In this document: in pieces, positions 46,599-57,653 of the stretch | Layout of the letters: the number at the start of each line of letters is the position of its first letter | Numbering within the stretch: position 1 is the stretch's first letter | Origin: a virus | Lineage: Duplodnaviria > Caudoviricetes | DNA: 64,000 nucleotides | Reading direction: 5' to 3' (one strand) | IMG/VR virus record: IMGVR_UViG_3300049004_000016 | Location: 32,001 to 96,000 of that record | Position numbers and translations under genes: made by a program | The notes under the pieces: generated by a model | Database searches by the model: none | Told to the model about the DNA's origin: nothing | What the model saw: only the letters and a program-made list of their open reading frames with translations

Positions 46599-49500
46599 AT
46601 GCAACTCGATGAGCTTTACATCCTGATGCGGTTGGACAACCAACAGGTTAACGCCGGGTTCGTGGAATCCGGTGCCGCTGGGGACGCCATGGCCGTCCAG
46701 GTCGCGACCGCGATGAAGGAAATCGAAGCGTCGGTCGCGAAGGTCGCCGAGTCCACCCGCATGGTGACCACCGCCGGTGACGAGATGGCAGTGGCGTGGG
46801 AACGCGACATCGCCGCCATGCGCGCCGAGACAGCCACCCTGGCTGAGGGCATGGCCGCAGCCGAGGCCAAGGCCACCGCCAGCACCGCTGAGATGTCCGC
46901 AGCGATGGACGCCCAGGCAGCTAAGAGCTCCGGTCTAGCGGGGGCACTGGGCGTCAGCAACGCGGCCCTGATGGGTGCTGGTGTCGTCGCGGCTGGTGCC
47001 GGCATCGAGTTCGCCAAGATGGCCGGTGACTTCAACATGGCCACCACGCGGCTAGTCACGTCCGCTGGTGAGACCCAATCGAACCTGCAAATGGTTCGTG
47101 ACGGCATCCTGGCCATGGCGGGGTCGGTTGGTTACAGCTCCGATGAGCTGGCCGCTGCGATGTACAAAGTGGAGTCCGGTGGCCAGCACGGCGCTGCCGC
47201 GCTCAAGGTCCTCCAGGCAGCAGCCCAGGGCGCTAAGGCCGAAAACGCTGACCTGACCACCGTGTCGGATGCCCTGACCAGCGCCATGGTCGACTACAAA
47301 GTGCCGGCGGATCAGGCAGCCACGGTCACCAGCAAACTGGTCGCGGCGACAAGCCAAGGCAAGATGACGTTCGAGGAACTAGCCAGTTCCATGTCAGCCA
47401 TCCTGCCGGTGGCCTCAGCGAACCACGTGTCGCTTGACGACATTCTTGGTGATCTGGCGAGCATGACGGTGCACGGCATGTCCGCGCAGCAGGCCACACA
47501 GAACCTCGCCGACGCTATCCGGCACATGGCGGCACCGACCCAGGTGCAGGCCAAGGAACTGGCCTCCCTCGGTATGAACGCCACCGAGGTGTCCAAGTCA
47601 CTGGGCGCTCAGGGCCTTTCCGGGACCATCAACGAGATCTCTAACCGGATCACGTCACAAATGGGTCCTGACGGAATGGTCGTCCTAAACCTGACTAACG
47701 CACTGAAAGGAATGTCACCGGCGGTCCAGGACCTGGGTGCGAAAGTGCTTGACGGGTCCATGTCGATGAAGGACTTCACTGCCTCAGCCAAAGGCATGGA
47801 TGTTATTAACGCCAAGCAGGTGACTAGCTTCGCCGCGCTTGCCGGAACAATGCACGGTATCGGGACCGAAGCGAAGTCAGGTGCTGACGTCTACCAAACG
47901 TATTCCCAGGCCATGCAAAGGGCCATGGGTGACGCCACCGGCATGAACGTGGCGTTGATGATCGGTGGGGAGAACGCCACCACCACCGCCAACGCCATCA
48001 AGGTGGTGTCTGGGGCGACCGCTGACGCCAGTGGCAACGTCAAGGGGTTCGCGGAGATCCAGCAGGAGTTCAACTTCAAACTGGCAGCAGCCAAAGACGG
48101 GCTCGGTGCCCTGGCCATCAGCATCGGCGAGAAGCTACTGCCGGTCCTGACCCCCCTGGTGGGGATGCTGGCGACCGGCGCCACCTGGCTGGCCAACCAC
48201 CAAGCGGCGGCCACCACCCTGGCGTTCATCATCGGTGGTGTCCTGGTCGTCGGCCTGGTGGCCGCCACCGTGGCCACGTGGACATGGTTCAGCGCGCTGA
48301 TGGCGACCAACCTGGCGCTGATCGGCATCGAGGCACCGCTGTGGATCGTGATCGGTGTCGTCGCCGCGCTGGGGTTCATCGTTTATGAGGTAATCCAGCA
48401 TTGGCAAGGGGTCGCGGACTTCTTTAAGGGCCTCTGGAAAGACGTTGTCGCGGTATTCGATGGCGCCAAGAACCTGATCTTGGCACCGATCCATGCCATC
48501 GAGGGGGCATGGGACTCGTTCGTCGGTGGGTTCACCAACCCGGCAGCTAAACTGGCCGACTCGGTGAAGGGCTTCGACCGGTTCTTCCTCGACATGGGTG
48601 CGTCCGTCAAACGCGGGTTCGATGCGGTTCTCAAATTCTTCACCCAATCACCGGCCCAAATGGCATTCGAGTTGGGTCAAGGTCTCGGTAAGGCGACCCG
48701 CGCTGTGGTCGATTTCGTCACGTCACTACCACAGAAAATGGGGAACCTGGAGCATTTCCTGGTGCAGAAAGGCAAAGACCTCCTCACCGGGATGCTGCAT
48801 GGCATCGAAGACGGAGGCAAGGCTGTTGGCTCGTTCTTTATGGCCCTGCCAGGTAACGCTGTCCGTTGGGTTGGCAACGCCGAGAGCTGGCTTGTGCAGA
48901 AAGGCAAGGACGCCCTAATCGGGATGTGGCACGGAGCCGAAGACGGCGCACAAGCCGTTTGGGATTTCATGAAAGCACTGCCCGGTCACGTCATTGACTT
49001 CTTTGTGGCCGCGCCGAGCTGGCTTTATGACGCAGGAGCTAACATTCTCAAGGGGTTGTGGAACGGCTTTACCGGGTTCGTTGGGACCGTTTATGACGGT
49101 ATCAAGAACTTCATCAGCAACTTCATCAGCGGGTTCATGTCCGGTTTCGCGATGTCGTCCCCCTCCCAAGTGATGATGAACATCGGTGGGAACATCATTC
49201 AGGGCCTGTGGAATGGTGTAGTGGAACGGTGGAACGCATTCTGGGGCTGGGTCGGTGGTATACCCGGCTGGATCGGCAACATATTCAGCAACTCGGCTAG
49301 CTGGTTGATCAACGCCGGATACAACATCGTGGTGGGTTTGTGGAACGGCATCGCGTCCGGGTGGAGCTGGCTTAGCGGTCAGGTGTCCAACCTGGCCAGC
49401 TCACTGCTCGCCACAGCCAAGGGCGCGCTGGGGATCTCCTCACCGTCGAAGCTGTTTGCCACTGAGGTCGGTGCGTGGATCGCACCCGGTCTCGCTGAGG

Positions 49501-49796
49501 GCATCGCCGCGACCACCAAGGTGGCCACCGGTGCGGCAACCAAGCTGGCCCAGGACGTCACCAAGGCAGCGCAGGGCACGACGGTGGGTGGCCTGGCAGT
49601 CGGCTCCGGTGGTGCCGGCGCGATGTTCGCCCTTGGTGGTGCTGGTGCTGCCGGTGCCGGTGGGGGAGTGAATATCCACCTCAACGTCGCGGGCAGCGTG
49701 TGGTCCACCGGTGACCTGGTGAAGGAAGTCCAGCAAGCGATGCTGCGCCACGGCATCCGCAATAACAATCCCGGAATCAATTACGCCTACGCCTGA
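46599..49796 (+). CDS. Tape measure protein
   Basis: About 1065 aa Ala-rich helical protein with TP901-type core, TM segments, W/F periodic repeats and LGISSPSK. Confidence 0.93.
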   Translation: MQLDELYILMRLDNQQVNAGFVESGAAGDAMAVQVATAMKEIEASVAKVAESTRMVTTAGDEMAVAWERDIAAMRAETATLAEGMAAAEAKATASTAEMSAAMDAQAAKSSGLAGALGVSNAALMGAGVVAAGAGIEFAKMAGDFNMATTRLVTSAGETQSNLQMVRDGILAMAGSVGYSSDELAAAMYKVESGGQHGAAALKVLQAAAQGAKAENADLTTVSDALTSAMVDYKVPADQAATVTSKLVAATSQGKMTFEELASSMSAILPVASANHVSLDDILGDLASMTVHGMSAQQATQNLADAIRHMAAPTQVQAKELASLGMNATEVSKSLGAQGLSGTINEISNRITSQMGPDGMVVLNLTNALKGMSPAVQDLGAKVLDGSMSMKDFTASAKGMDVINAKQVTSFAALAGTMHGIGTEAKSGADVYQTYSQAMQRAMGDATGMNVALMIGGENATTTANAIKVVSGATADASGNVKGFAEIQQEFNFKLAAAKDGLGALAISIGEKLLPVLTPLVGMLATGATWLANHQAAATTLAFIIGGVLVVGLVAATVATWTWFSALMATNLALIGIEAPLWIVIGVVAALGFIVYEVIQHWQGVADFFKGLWKDVVAVFDGAKNLILAPIHAIEGAWDSFVGGFTNPAAKLADSVKGFDRFFLDMGASVKRGFDAVLKFFTQSPAQMAFELGQGLGKATRAVVDFVTSLPQKMGNLEHFLVQKGKDLLTGMLHGIEDGGKAVGSFFMALPGNAVRWVGNAESWLVQKGKDALIGMWHGAEDGAQAVWDFMKALPGHVIDFFVAAPSWLYDAGANILKGLWNGFTGFVGTVYDGIKNFISNFISGFMSGFAMSSPSQVMMNIGGNIIQGLWNGVVERWNAFWGWVGGIPGWIGNIFSNSASWLINAGYNIVVGLWNGIASGWSWLSGQVSNLASSLLATAKGALGISSPSKLFATEVGAWIAPGLAEGIAATTKVATGAATKLAQDVTKAAQGTTVGGLAVGSGGAGAMFALGGAGAAGAGGGVNIHLNVAGSVWSTGDLVKEVQQAMLRHGIRNNNPGINYAYA

Positions 49797-49843
49797 CCAT
49801 TCCAGGCCCTGGTTCCCGTTACTGATAGAGGAGTCGATTCACC

Positions 49844-50227
49844 ATGCCCATTATTCACCTGGGTAATTCCCAGGCCGTCCATCACGTGGTCGGTGCGTCC
49901 GGGGAGGCGGAGCGGACACCACTGGAAGGCGACCAGGTCACGGAAATCAACCTGCCGGACGGGGTGTACACGCTGCGGGAGCAGATCCGCACGGTCACCC
50001 ACCGCGATGGGATTTGGCCCGCGCATTCCGACGCTGACCGCCCCTCGTGGGTCCACTGCTCGGACCCCGAGCTGGAGGCCGCGCTGATGGATCACTGGGG
50101 GTGCCGTGCCGGCGGCCCGGATGACTTCATGCACCGGCTCGATGAGCTGCACCTGGTGCCGCGCCGTGACCAGGCGTCGTCCGAGCTGACCGAGGGTCCC
50201 GGCAGTAGCGAAGGGGGCGATGCGTGA
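49844..50227 (+). CDS. Hypothetical protein
   Basis: AGGAG RBS, directly after TMP. Confidence 0.6.
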   Translation: MPIIHLGNSQAVHHVVGASGEAERTPLEGDQVTEINLPDGVYTLREQIRTVTHRDGIWPAHSDADRPSWVHCSDPELEAALMDHWGCRAGGPDDFMHRLDELHLVPRRDQASSELTEGPGSSEGGDA

Positions 50228-50856
50228 TGCGCGTTAACAAGGGCGCTGACATGCAGAGCGCTGAGATCGGTGGTGGTGTCTATGGGATCGGTGGCACCGC
50301 TACCGCCACCTCGGCGACCAGCCTGACCGCTACTGGCACACCGTTCGTGGCCAGCGCGCTGATCGGTCAGATCGTGGCGGCCGGTTCCGTCTACGGCGTG
50401 ATCCTGTCCAACACCACCTCGGTGTTGACCATCGACCAGTGGTACAACCCGGCCAGCCCGAACTCCACACCAGGCTCCACTCCTAGCTCCACCGTTGTGT
50501 ACTCGGTGCTGCCTGGTGCGGCCCCTGCGATGTTCATGGCGATCACTACCGACGCTGCCGCCGCATCGGCCACGGACACGGTCTTGGCGTCTGAGGGCTC
50601 CACTGCGGGGTCCGGGATGCTGCGCAAGCCTGGGACGTACGCCCACACCACCAGCGCCACCAGCTACACGATGGCGGTCACGTACACCTACACCAGCACC
50701 GACAACGGGACAACTCGGGTGTTCGCCAAGATCGGCATGTTCAACAGTGTTGTTCCGGTCACCGGGATTATGCAGTTTGAGACGCTGATGAACTTCACCG
50801 CTTCCCTGTCGATTACTGGTGACGCGGTCACGGTCACCCAGACCGTCACCGAATAA
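50227..50856 (+). CDS. Virion structural protein
   Basis: Thr/Ser-rich with IGMFN and GD.VTVT.TVT motifs. Confidence 0.65.
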   Translation: MRVNKGADMQSAEIGGGVYGIGGTATATSATSLTATGTPFVASALIGQIVAAGSVYGVILSNTTSVLTIDQWYNPASPNSTPGSTPSSTVVYSVLPGAAPAMFMAITTDAAAASATDTVLASEGSTAGSGMLRKPGTYAHTTSATSYTMAVTYTYTSTDNGTTRVFAKIGMFNSVVPVTGIMQFETLMNFTASLSITGDAVTVTQTVTE

Positions 50857-50869
50857 GGGGGCTCGCTGA

Positions 50870-51418
50870 ATGAGCCTCCAAACGTGGGGCGAGACCCTGA
50901 TCTCCTCCCAGGTCGATGGCACAGCAGTCACTGGCACGACTGCTGCTGCTGTTGAGCCACCCGCAGCGCGCTTCACTCTCCCGGCGAACTTCTTTGTGCC
51001 CGGCAAGGTGCTGCGTGTCAATGCGTGGGGTCGGATCTCAAACATCGTTACCACGCCCGGCACTCTGACTCTTGATGTTCGTTTCAATACGTCCTCGGTG
51101 GTATTCAACGGTGGCGCGGTCAGTCTTAACGTGGTGGCGAAAACGAACGTGGCATGGCGGCTGATCATGATGCTCACGTGCCGCACCATCGGCAATGGCA
51201 CAGTCGCTACGTTACTTGGGCAGGGTGATTTCACCTCAGAGTCTGTGGTGGGGTCGGCTGCCGGTATCGCTAATGACGCAATGTTGCCTGCGTCGGCCCC
51301 GGTGGTCGGTACTGGTTTCGACTCGACGGTTGCCCAGACCGTGGATTTGTTCGCCACGTTCTCGTTGACGGGTAACAGTCTCACGTCACACCAGTACACG
51401 TTGGAATCAATGAACTAG
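50870..51418 (+). CDS. Virion structural protein
   Basis: Beta-rich ORF in the tail region. Confidence 0.65.
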   Translation: MSLQTWGETLISSQVDGTAVTGTTAAAVEPPAARFTLPANFFVPGKVLRVNAWGRISNIVTTPGTLTLDVRFNTSSVVFNGGAVSLNVVAKTNVAWRLIMMLTCRTIGNGTVATLLGQGDFTSESVVGSAAGIANDAMLPASAPVVGTGFDSTVAQTVDLFATFSLTGNSLTSHQYTLESMN

Positions 51419-51436
51419 CGATGGGGCGAGTTTGCT

Positions 51437-54400
51437 ATGCCGATTCGTCTTGACGTAGCAAGCTCGCCCGCCTCGATCAAAGTCGCCGGGGTAGGACCCA
51501 CCGCCACTTCCGGGTCATTCACACCCAAAGCCGGTCAAACGGTCGTAGTGATGGCAGCGGCAGGGTGGTGTGCTACTCCCCCCGTATCCATTGCGTGTAG
51601 TGACTCCGGCGGCCATACGTGGCTCACCCCACCGGGGGCCACAGCAACGGGCGTCACTACTAACAATGGTGGTTGCGCGCAACTGTTTTACTGCTATTTC
51701 CCGGTGTCCCCGGGGGCTATTACCGTCACGCTCACCTACACAGGGTTGAGCACTGGCGGCGGAATGTTCGCGGACATTCTACTGATGTACGGCGCCAACC
51801 CGGTACAAAACGGTGCCACTGCTAGCAGTGTTGTGGGTTCGCCGGGTAGCGCCGCCGGTACCGTCTCGATCACGCCCCAGTTCTTGCGGTCGTGGATTTT
51901 CGGGGTGTCGGATAACACATCCAACGGCACGAGCACGTGGACAGCTTTCAACGCCAACACGGTCTCTGACGTCAACTGGGTTGATGCCACTGACGGCATT
52001 ATTGCGGTCGCTTGGGTCAACACAGCGGATCTCCCGCCCGGCACCGCGTTCACCATGGGTGGTACGTGGTCGACCGCCACTGTCGCATCGAATAACGCGG
52101 CAATGGAGATGGTGCCCGCGCCTGATGTGGGAAAGACGGGTACTTCCTGGCACCCAGGGAAAGGCCCCAGCAAACGGGCACGGTTCTATAAGACTGCCCG
52201 TGATACGACCGCTGTGACGGCGTCCAACGTCAACCTGATCGCTGCTGTCAGCGACAACGCACCAGTGTCGGACACGGTCGCGGCCAGCGCGATCATCACC
52301 ACCCGCGCGGTCTCCGACGTCGCCCCGGCGTCCGATGTGGTCGCCACGTCCGCAGTGGTGGTTTCCCGGACCTGCTCGGACACCGCCAGCGCCAGCGACG
52401 CTGTTGTCCGGTCCACGGTGGCCACCAGCAGGACGGTCACCGACACAGCGGCTGCCAGTGACGCGGTCACTCGTGGGGTCCAGGGCTTCACCCGTGGGGC
52501 CTCGGATTCGGCACCGGCGGTTGACGTGGTCGCCCGTGGGTCGGTTGTGGTGTCCCGGTCGGTCAGCGACACAGCGTCGGCGTCCGATTCCGTGGCGCGC
52601 GGCGTGGTGTCGGTGTCCCGCACCGTGGCCGATGCCGCACCAGCCAGCGACACGGTGGTGCGCTCGGTGGTGGTGCGGGCCCGCACCGTCAGCGACACAG
52701 CGGCAGCGGTGGATGCGGTCACCCGCTCTGTGGTGGCCGTTTCCCGATCTGTCAGCGATGCGGCCAGCGCGGCTGATTCGGTCACCCGCAGTGTGGTCGC
52801 CCCGGTGCGGGTGGTCGCGGATTCGGCGCCGGTATCCGATGCGGTCACGCGCGGACCGGTGTCGCCCACACGGACGCTCACCGACAACGCACCGGCCGCT
52901 GACACGGTTAGCCGGGGGATCACGGTCGGTCGGGCAGCGGCTGACTCAGCGCCAGCTACCGACACCGTGGCCCGGTCGGCCCGGTCGTCAACACGGGTTG
53001 TCGCGGATACCGCCAGCGCGGCCGACAGTGTTGTGCGCGGTCTGGTGGTGGTGGCGAGGTCGGTCACTGACGCGGCCTCAGCGGTCGACTCAGTGGCGCG
53101 CGGTGCCAAGTCCAGCACCAGGACGGTGGCCGACCTCGCACCAGCGGCAGACGCGGTCACCAGGGTCCAGGTCCTGACTGGTCGTACCGTGGCCGATTCG
53201 GCGCCCGCGTCGGATGTGGTCTCACGGGCACCCGTGGCGCGGGCTCGCACGGTGGCTGATGCGGCCTCAGCTAGCGATGTGGTGGCCCGTGGGTTGGTGG
53301 TGGTGTCCCGGTCGGTCGTTGACACGGCTGGGGCGGCAGACGCGGTCGCACGGGCAGCGGTCGTGGTGTCGCGGGCAGTGGTCGACACGGCACCTGCGGT
53401 TGACGTGGTCACCGTGGTGGCTTCTCACCGCGCCGTGGTCACCGACGCTGCACCAGCGGCCGATGTGGTGGTGCGGGCAGCCCAGACCAGCACCAGGGCT
53501 GTTGCTGACACTGCGACGGCCAGTGATGTGGTGGTTCGTGGGGTGGTGGTCCCGTCCAGGGTGGTCACCGACGCCGCACCAGCTAGCGATGTGGTGGCGC
53601 GCGCGGTTTTGTCTCTTACCCGCACGCTAAGCGACAACGCACCAGTCAGTGACGTGGTGGCCCGTTCGGTCACCTCGGTGTCCCGGACCGTCACGGACAC
53701 CGCCCCGGCAGTCGATGTGGTCGCCCGCTCGACGGTGGCCGGCATCCGGGTCGCAGCCGACACGGCACCAGCCAGTGACGCTGTCGCTAAGGGCGTCCAG
53801 GCCCGCACCCGGACCGTGGCCGATACCGCACCGGCGTCGGACGTTGTTACACGGGCTGGTGTGGGTTTGCCCCGGACCGCCACCGACAACGCACCTGTCA
53901 GCGATGCGGTCTCGAGGGCGCCCGTCGCGCGGGCACGGATCGTGTCGGATCTGGCGCCAGCCCTCGACACGGCCAGCCCAGGCAACGTCACCGCGATAAC
54001 CGACAGCGCACCAGCCAGCGATGTGGTGGCACGGTCACCGGTATCTCGGCAACGCACAGCCGCTGACACAGCGTCGGCCGCTGACGTGGTGACCCGTGGG
54101 CCTCGCCTGTCGCTGCGCCTGGTGTCGGATACCGCGTTGGCCGCTGACGCGGTCACACACAACATCGCGGTCCTGCGGGCCTTGGCTGACTCCGCGCCAG
54201 CGTCCGACGTTGTCACACGGGCGTTCGGGTGGACCCGCACCGCCACAGATCTGGCCACCGCCAGCGACCTGGTGACCCGTGGGCTGATCAACGAAGGCCG
54301 CACCGCAGCCGACACCGCCCACGCGGTCGATGGCATCGCCGGTCGGTTCGTGTTGTTCGTGCGGACCGTCATCGACTCCGTACCCGTCAGTGACATCGCC

Positions 54401-54631
54401 ACCAGCAGCGAAGTCGAAGTCGCTGCGGTGTGGCCACCGGCGGTACGCGGTGCGGTGATCACCGGCGCGATCGCGGCGACCAGCGCCACGGTGGCCAGCG
54501 CCATGACCGGCATCACCGGGATGGTCACCGGCCCCGCGTCAGGGGTCTCCGGGGTGGTGACGACTCCAGCGACTGCCACCGGTGGGTCGGTCACCTCCAC
54601 CAGCACCGCGACCGGCGGGTCCGTCCACTAA
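51437..54631 (+). CDS. Long repeat-containing fibre-like protein
   Basis: N-terminal beta domain, then roughly 35 copies of an about 20-aa R.V.D.A.A.D.V.R repeat. Confidence 0.75.
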   Translation: MPIRLDVASSPASIKVAGVGPTATSGSFTPKAGQTVVVMAAAGWCATPPVSIACSDSGGHTWLTPPGATATGVTTNNGGCAQLFYCYFPVSPGAITVTLTYTGLSTGGGMFADILLMYGANPVQNGATASSVVGSPGSAAGTVSITPQFLRSWIFGVSDNTSNGTSTWTAFNANTVSDVNWVDATDGIIAVAWVNTADLPPGTAFTMGGTWSTATVASNNAAMEMVPAPDVGKTGTSWHPGKGPSKRARFYKTARDTTAVTASNVNLIAAVSDNAPVSDTVAASAIITTRAVSDVAPASDVVATSAVVVSRTCSDTASASDAVVRSTVATSRTVTDTAAASDAVTRGVQGFTRGASDSAPAVDVVARGSVVVSRSVSDTASASDSVARGVVSVSRTVADAAPASDTVVRSVVVRARTVSDTAAAVDAVTRSVVAVSRSVSDAASAADSVTRSVVAPVRVVADSAPVSDAVTRGPVSPTRTLTDNAPAADTVSRGITVGRAAADSAPATDTVARSARSSTRVVADTASAADSVVRGLVVVARSVTDAASAVDSVARGAKSSTRTVADLAPAADAVTRVQVLTGRTVADSAPASDVVSRAPVARARTVADAASASDVVARGLVVVSRSVVDTAGAADAVARAAVVVSRAVVDTAPAVDVVTVVASHRAVVTDAAPAADVVVRAAQTSTRAVADTATASDVVVRGVVVPSRVVTDAAPASDVVARAVLSLTRTLSDNAPVSDVVARSVTSVSRTVTDTAPAVDVVARSTVAGIRVAADTAPASDAVAKGVQARTRTVADTAPASDVVTRAGVGLPRTATDNAPVSDAVSRAPVARARIVSDLAPALDTASPGNVTAITDSAPASDVVARSPVSRQRTAADTASAADVVTRGPRLSLRLVSDTALAADAVTHNIAVLRALADSAPASDVVTRAFGWTRTATDLATASDLVTRGLINEGRTAADTAHAVDGIAGRFVLFVRTVIDSVPVSDIATSSEVEVAAVWPPAVRGAVITGAIAATSATVASAMTGITGMVTGPASGVSGVVTTPATATGGSVTSTSTATGGSVH

Positions 54632-54647
54632 CTAAAGGGGGGTGGCC

Positions 54648-55037
54648 GTGGCGTTAATTGCCGCGTCGATTCTGCAACTGAACCTGAATTTCAAGCAGGG
54701 CGCGGACGCGCTGGTGGCCCTGACGGTGGTCGACGCCAACGGTGCACCGATCACCAACCCCACCGGCTACTCGGTACGCGCCCAGATCCGGGTCACCCCC
54801 ACCGGGCCGGTGTTGTTCGAGTGGAACACCACCCCCGGTGCCGGCATCGGCACCGCCACGATCACCTACACCGAGATGACCCAAACCACGACCGTCGCCC
54901 TGGTCCTGACCAAAGCCCAGTCAGCGCTGTTCACGTGGGGTTCGGCGCTGTGGGACTGCGTGGTGACCAGCCCAGCCAACCAAACCGCGTGCATCGCTGA
55001 GGGAACCGTGGCGATCGACCCAGCGATCACCTACTAG
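54648..55037 (+). CDS. BppU-like/tail accessory protein
   Basis: QGAD, GYSVRAQIR, WD......EG.V...P.IT. Confidence 0.6.
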   Translation: MALIAASILQLNLNFKQGADALVALTVVDANGAPITNPTGYSVRAQIRVTPTGPVLFEWNTTPGAGIGTATITYTEMTQTTTVALVLTKAQSALFTWGSALWDCVVTSPANQTACIAEGTVAIDPAITY

Positions 55038-55046
55038 CCGGGGGAG

Positions 55047-57647
55047 GTGCCTGTGGCCACGGTCTTGGCTAACCCCAACTTCCCCATCGGATCGTTTGAG
55101 GTGGACTTCGGGTCCGCGAACGGCCCCCCGGACACCCCCACCACCGCCCGGTTGAGCATCAACGCCGCGTACCGGCGGCTGGCCGTGCGGGAGTTCTCCG
55201 TCGACCGTGGCCGGCAGTACGAGCTCGACCAGATCCAGGCCGGGACGTTGGTCGCTAACGTGTTCGATCCCCTGGAGCTGTTCAACGTCGCCAACGCGTC
55301 CAGCCCGTTCAACACCGGCGGCAACATCGTCACCCCGTACCGGCCGGTGTGGAACTGGTGGATGTGGCCTAACCAGCCGGGGTCCGGGAACATCATCAAC
55401 ACCGGTGTCCACACCGACTATGACCCCTCTTTCGAGCTGAACCCCGATAGCGCCCTCGGGTTGTGGGTCGCAGCCGGGGGCACCACCACCCTCGCGCGGT
55501 CCACGGTGCAGCACTTCGACGGCACCCACGCACTGCTGATCACCCAGTCCGCTGCCGGTGCCGGGTTCGGGGCACAGAACACCTTCCGTACCGCCCCGGA
55601 CCTGACCTACACGTTCTCCTGCTACGTGTTCCTCACCGCCCAGACCGGCCTGACGGTCACGGCGCGTGTCGTGGACGCCAACGGTGCAATCCACACTTCG
55701 ACGTCCACGAGCACCCAAGGATCGTGGGTGCGTCTGTCGGTCACGTGGAACACCGTGGACACCTTGGAGCCGGTCACCGTCTATGGGACTGGTGTCGCGG
55801 CCCCGACGTTCTACCTCGACGCCACCATGTTGGAGTTCGGGGCAGCCGTCAGCACGTTCACCACGACCGGGCCGACCCTGTACGTCCTTTACTCGGGGTG
55901 GGTGGAGCGGTTCCCCACGACCTATGACATGTCGGGGTTCCGTGCCACCAGGCCCCTGGCTGCGGTGGATGCCCTCGCGATCCTGTCCCGGACCGCTGTC
56001 TCCCAGTCGTACACGGCAACGATCACCGCTGACGCCCCAGTGGCCTACGCACCGATGAGCAACAGCAAACCCGCCACCTCCGGTGGTGCGTTGTCCACCG
56101 GCAGCGAAACCGCGAAGATCACCGGCAGCAACATCACCGGTAACCCCATCTACCACCCGTCCGACTCGGGGACAATCAACTGGGGTGGCGACTCCCAACC
56201 AGACGGAACCACCTCCGTGGTCCTTCAACAAAACAACCCATACAACCCACCCAAGGTCGGTCACACGGTCGGCACCTACCCCGATGAGCAACAAAGCGTG
56301 TTCGATGTGATCCCAGCCGGGATCACCGTGGCTAACACAGCCGCGACAATCGAAATGTGGGTGAAGTTCTCCCAAGGTGTTGTGCTGTTGATGCAGCTCC
56401 TTTCCACAGCGGTCCACGGTGGTGGATTGAACACCGAATTGGGGTTCTTCGCGTCCAATTCCCAGAACCATTTAGAGCTTTACACCTCCGGCGGGAAACT
56501 CCTATTCCATATTGTGGATGCGGTAGCTGGGTACGCCAACCTGTTTGACGTCGCGAACTTCACCATTCCCGGTGCCGGGTTCCCTGATGAGCAATGGCAT
56601 TACTACGCGATCACGTTCTACAGCGCATCGGGCTCGCCAGGTGTGGCGTTGACCTATGACGCTGTCGAAACCGACGTGGTCGCACCCACAGGGGTCAGGA
56701 ACTACGGGTTCACGAACCTGCACCACGAAGCGACCACAGACTACGGCGACACCCAGTCCCAGGCCAGCATCGCCCGTTTCGCGGTATACAACCGGGACAT
56801 CGGGGCCGCCGCGCGCCAAGCACACTTTCAGCGCGGCGTGGGGTGGATCAACGAGATCTCCGGGTCGCGGGTCGCCCGACTGCTGGGCCTGTACTGGGGT
56901 GGGGCCACGTCGGTCGCCCCTGGGGTGATGGCGTTAGCGCCGGACTTCGAGTACGACCCCGGCGACGGGTCCCAGGCCAGGGTAATGCTCGACATACTCC
57001 AAGAGATCCAGGAGTCCGAGCGGGGTTTGGTGTACGCCGCGAAAGACGGCACGGTCGTATTTGAGGACCGCACCAGCCGGTACACGGCAGGCCAGACCGC
57101 TTTGTGGGTGTTCGGGGAGAACCCCGCTGGGGCCAGCCCAGTGGAGTACCCCTATTTGGATTACGCCGAAGACGTCGATCCCACCTACACGTTCTCCCAG
57201 GCGAACTTGTCTCGCCCGGCGAACAATAACTTCGCGCCGATCGTCAATGCCGCGACCCAAGCGAAGTACGGGCAACGGATTCTGACCCAAACGGTGCAGT
57301 GCAACACCGATGAGGATTTGACCCAGGCTGGGATCTTCTACACCAGCCGGTATGCCACGCCGCTGCCACGGATCGCGAAGCTGACGCTTAACCCGGCAGC
57401 GAATCCGGTGTTGTGGCCGGTGGTGTTGTCCCTGGAGATCTCCCAGCGGGTCACGGTGAAGCGCCGCAACGCCGGGTTGACGGTGTCGCGGGACTACTAC
57501 ATCGAGAAGGTCTCTCACAAGGTCAACTCTGACGACGGCACCTGGATCGTTGATCTCCAATTGTCGCCGGTGTTCGTCACGTCAGCGTGGGTGCTGGCTG
57601 ACGCCACTTACGGGGTGCTGGGGACCACGACCACGCCTGTCTACTAG
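55047..57647 (+). CDS. Minor tail protein with CBM-like and LamG-like domains
   Basis: RGRQYELDQIQAG, YTFSCYV...WVRLSVTW, TIEMWVK...WHYYAIT. Confidence 0.8.
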   Translation: MPVATVLANPNFPIGSFEVDFGSANGPPDTPTTARLSINAAYRRLAVREFSVDRGRQYELDQIQAGTLVANVFDPLELFNVANASSPFNTGGNIVTPYRPVWNWWMWPNQPGSGNIINTGVHTDYDPSFELNPDSALGLWVAAGGTTTLARSTVQHFDGTHALLITQSAAGAGFGAQNTFRTAPDLTYTFSCYVFLTAQTGLTVTARVVDANGAIHTSTSTSTQGSWVRLSVTWNTVDTLEPVTVYGTGVAAPTFYLDATMLEFGAAVSTFTTTGPTLYVLYSGWVERFPTTYDMSGFRATRPLAAVDALAILSRTAVSQSYTATITADAPVAYAPMSNSKPATSGGALSTGSETAKITGSNITGNPIYHPSDSGTINWGGDSQPDGTTSVVLQQNNPYNPPKVGHTVGTYPDEQQSVFDVIPAGITVANTAATIEMWVKFSQGVVLLMQLLSTAVHGGGLNTELGFFASNSQNHLELYTSGGKLLFHIVDAVAGYANLFDVANFTIPGAGFPDEQWHYYAITFYSASGSPGVALTYDAVETDVVAPTGVRNYGFTNLHHEATTDYGDTQSQASIARFAVYNRDIGAAARQAHFQRGVGWINEISGSRVARLLGLYWGGATSVAPGVMALAPDFEYDPGDGSQARVMLDILQEIQESERGLVYAAKDGTVVFEDRTSRYTAGQTALWVFGENPAGASPVEYPYLDYAEDVDPTYTFSQANLSRPANNNFAPIVNAATQAKYGQRILTQTVQCNTDEDLTQAGIFYTSRYATPLPRIAKLTLNPAANPVLWPVVLSLEISQRVTVKRRNAGLTVSRDYYIEKVSHKVNSDDGTWIVDLQLSPVFVTSAWVLADATYGVLGTTTTPVY

Positions 57648-57653
57648 CTGGGG

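Noticed and set aside
52186-54606. Long minus-strand ORFs (408 and 393 aa)
   Set aside because: Antisense shadows of the repeat protein in high-GC DNA.
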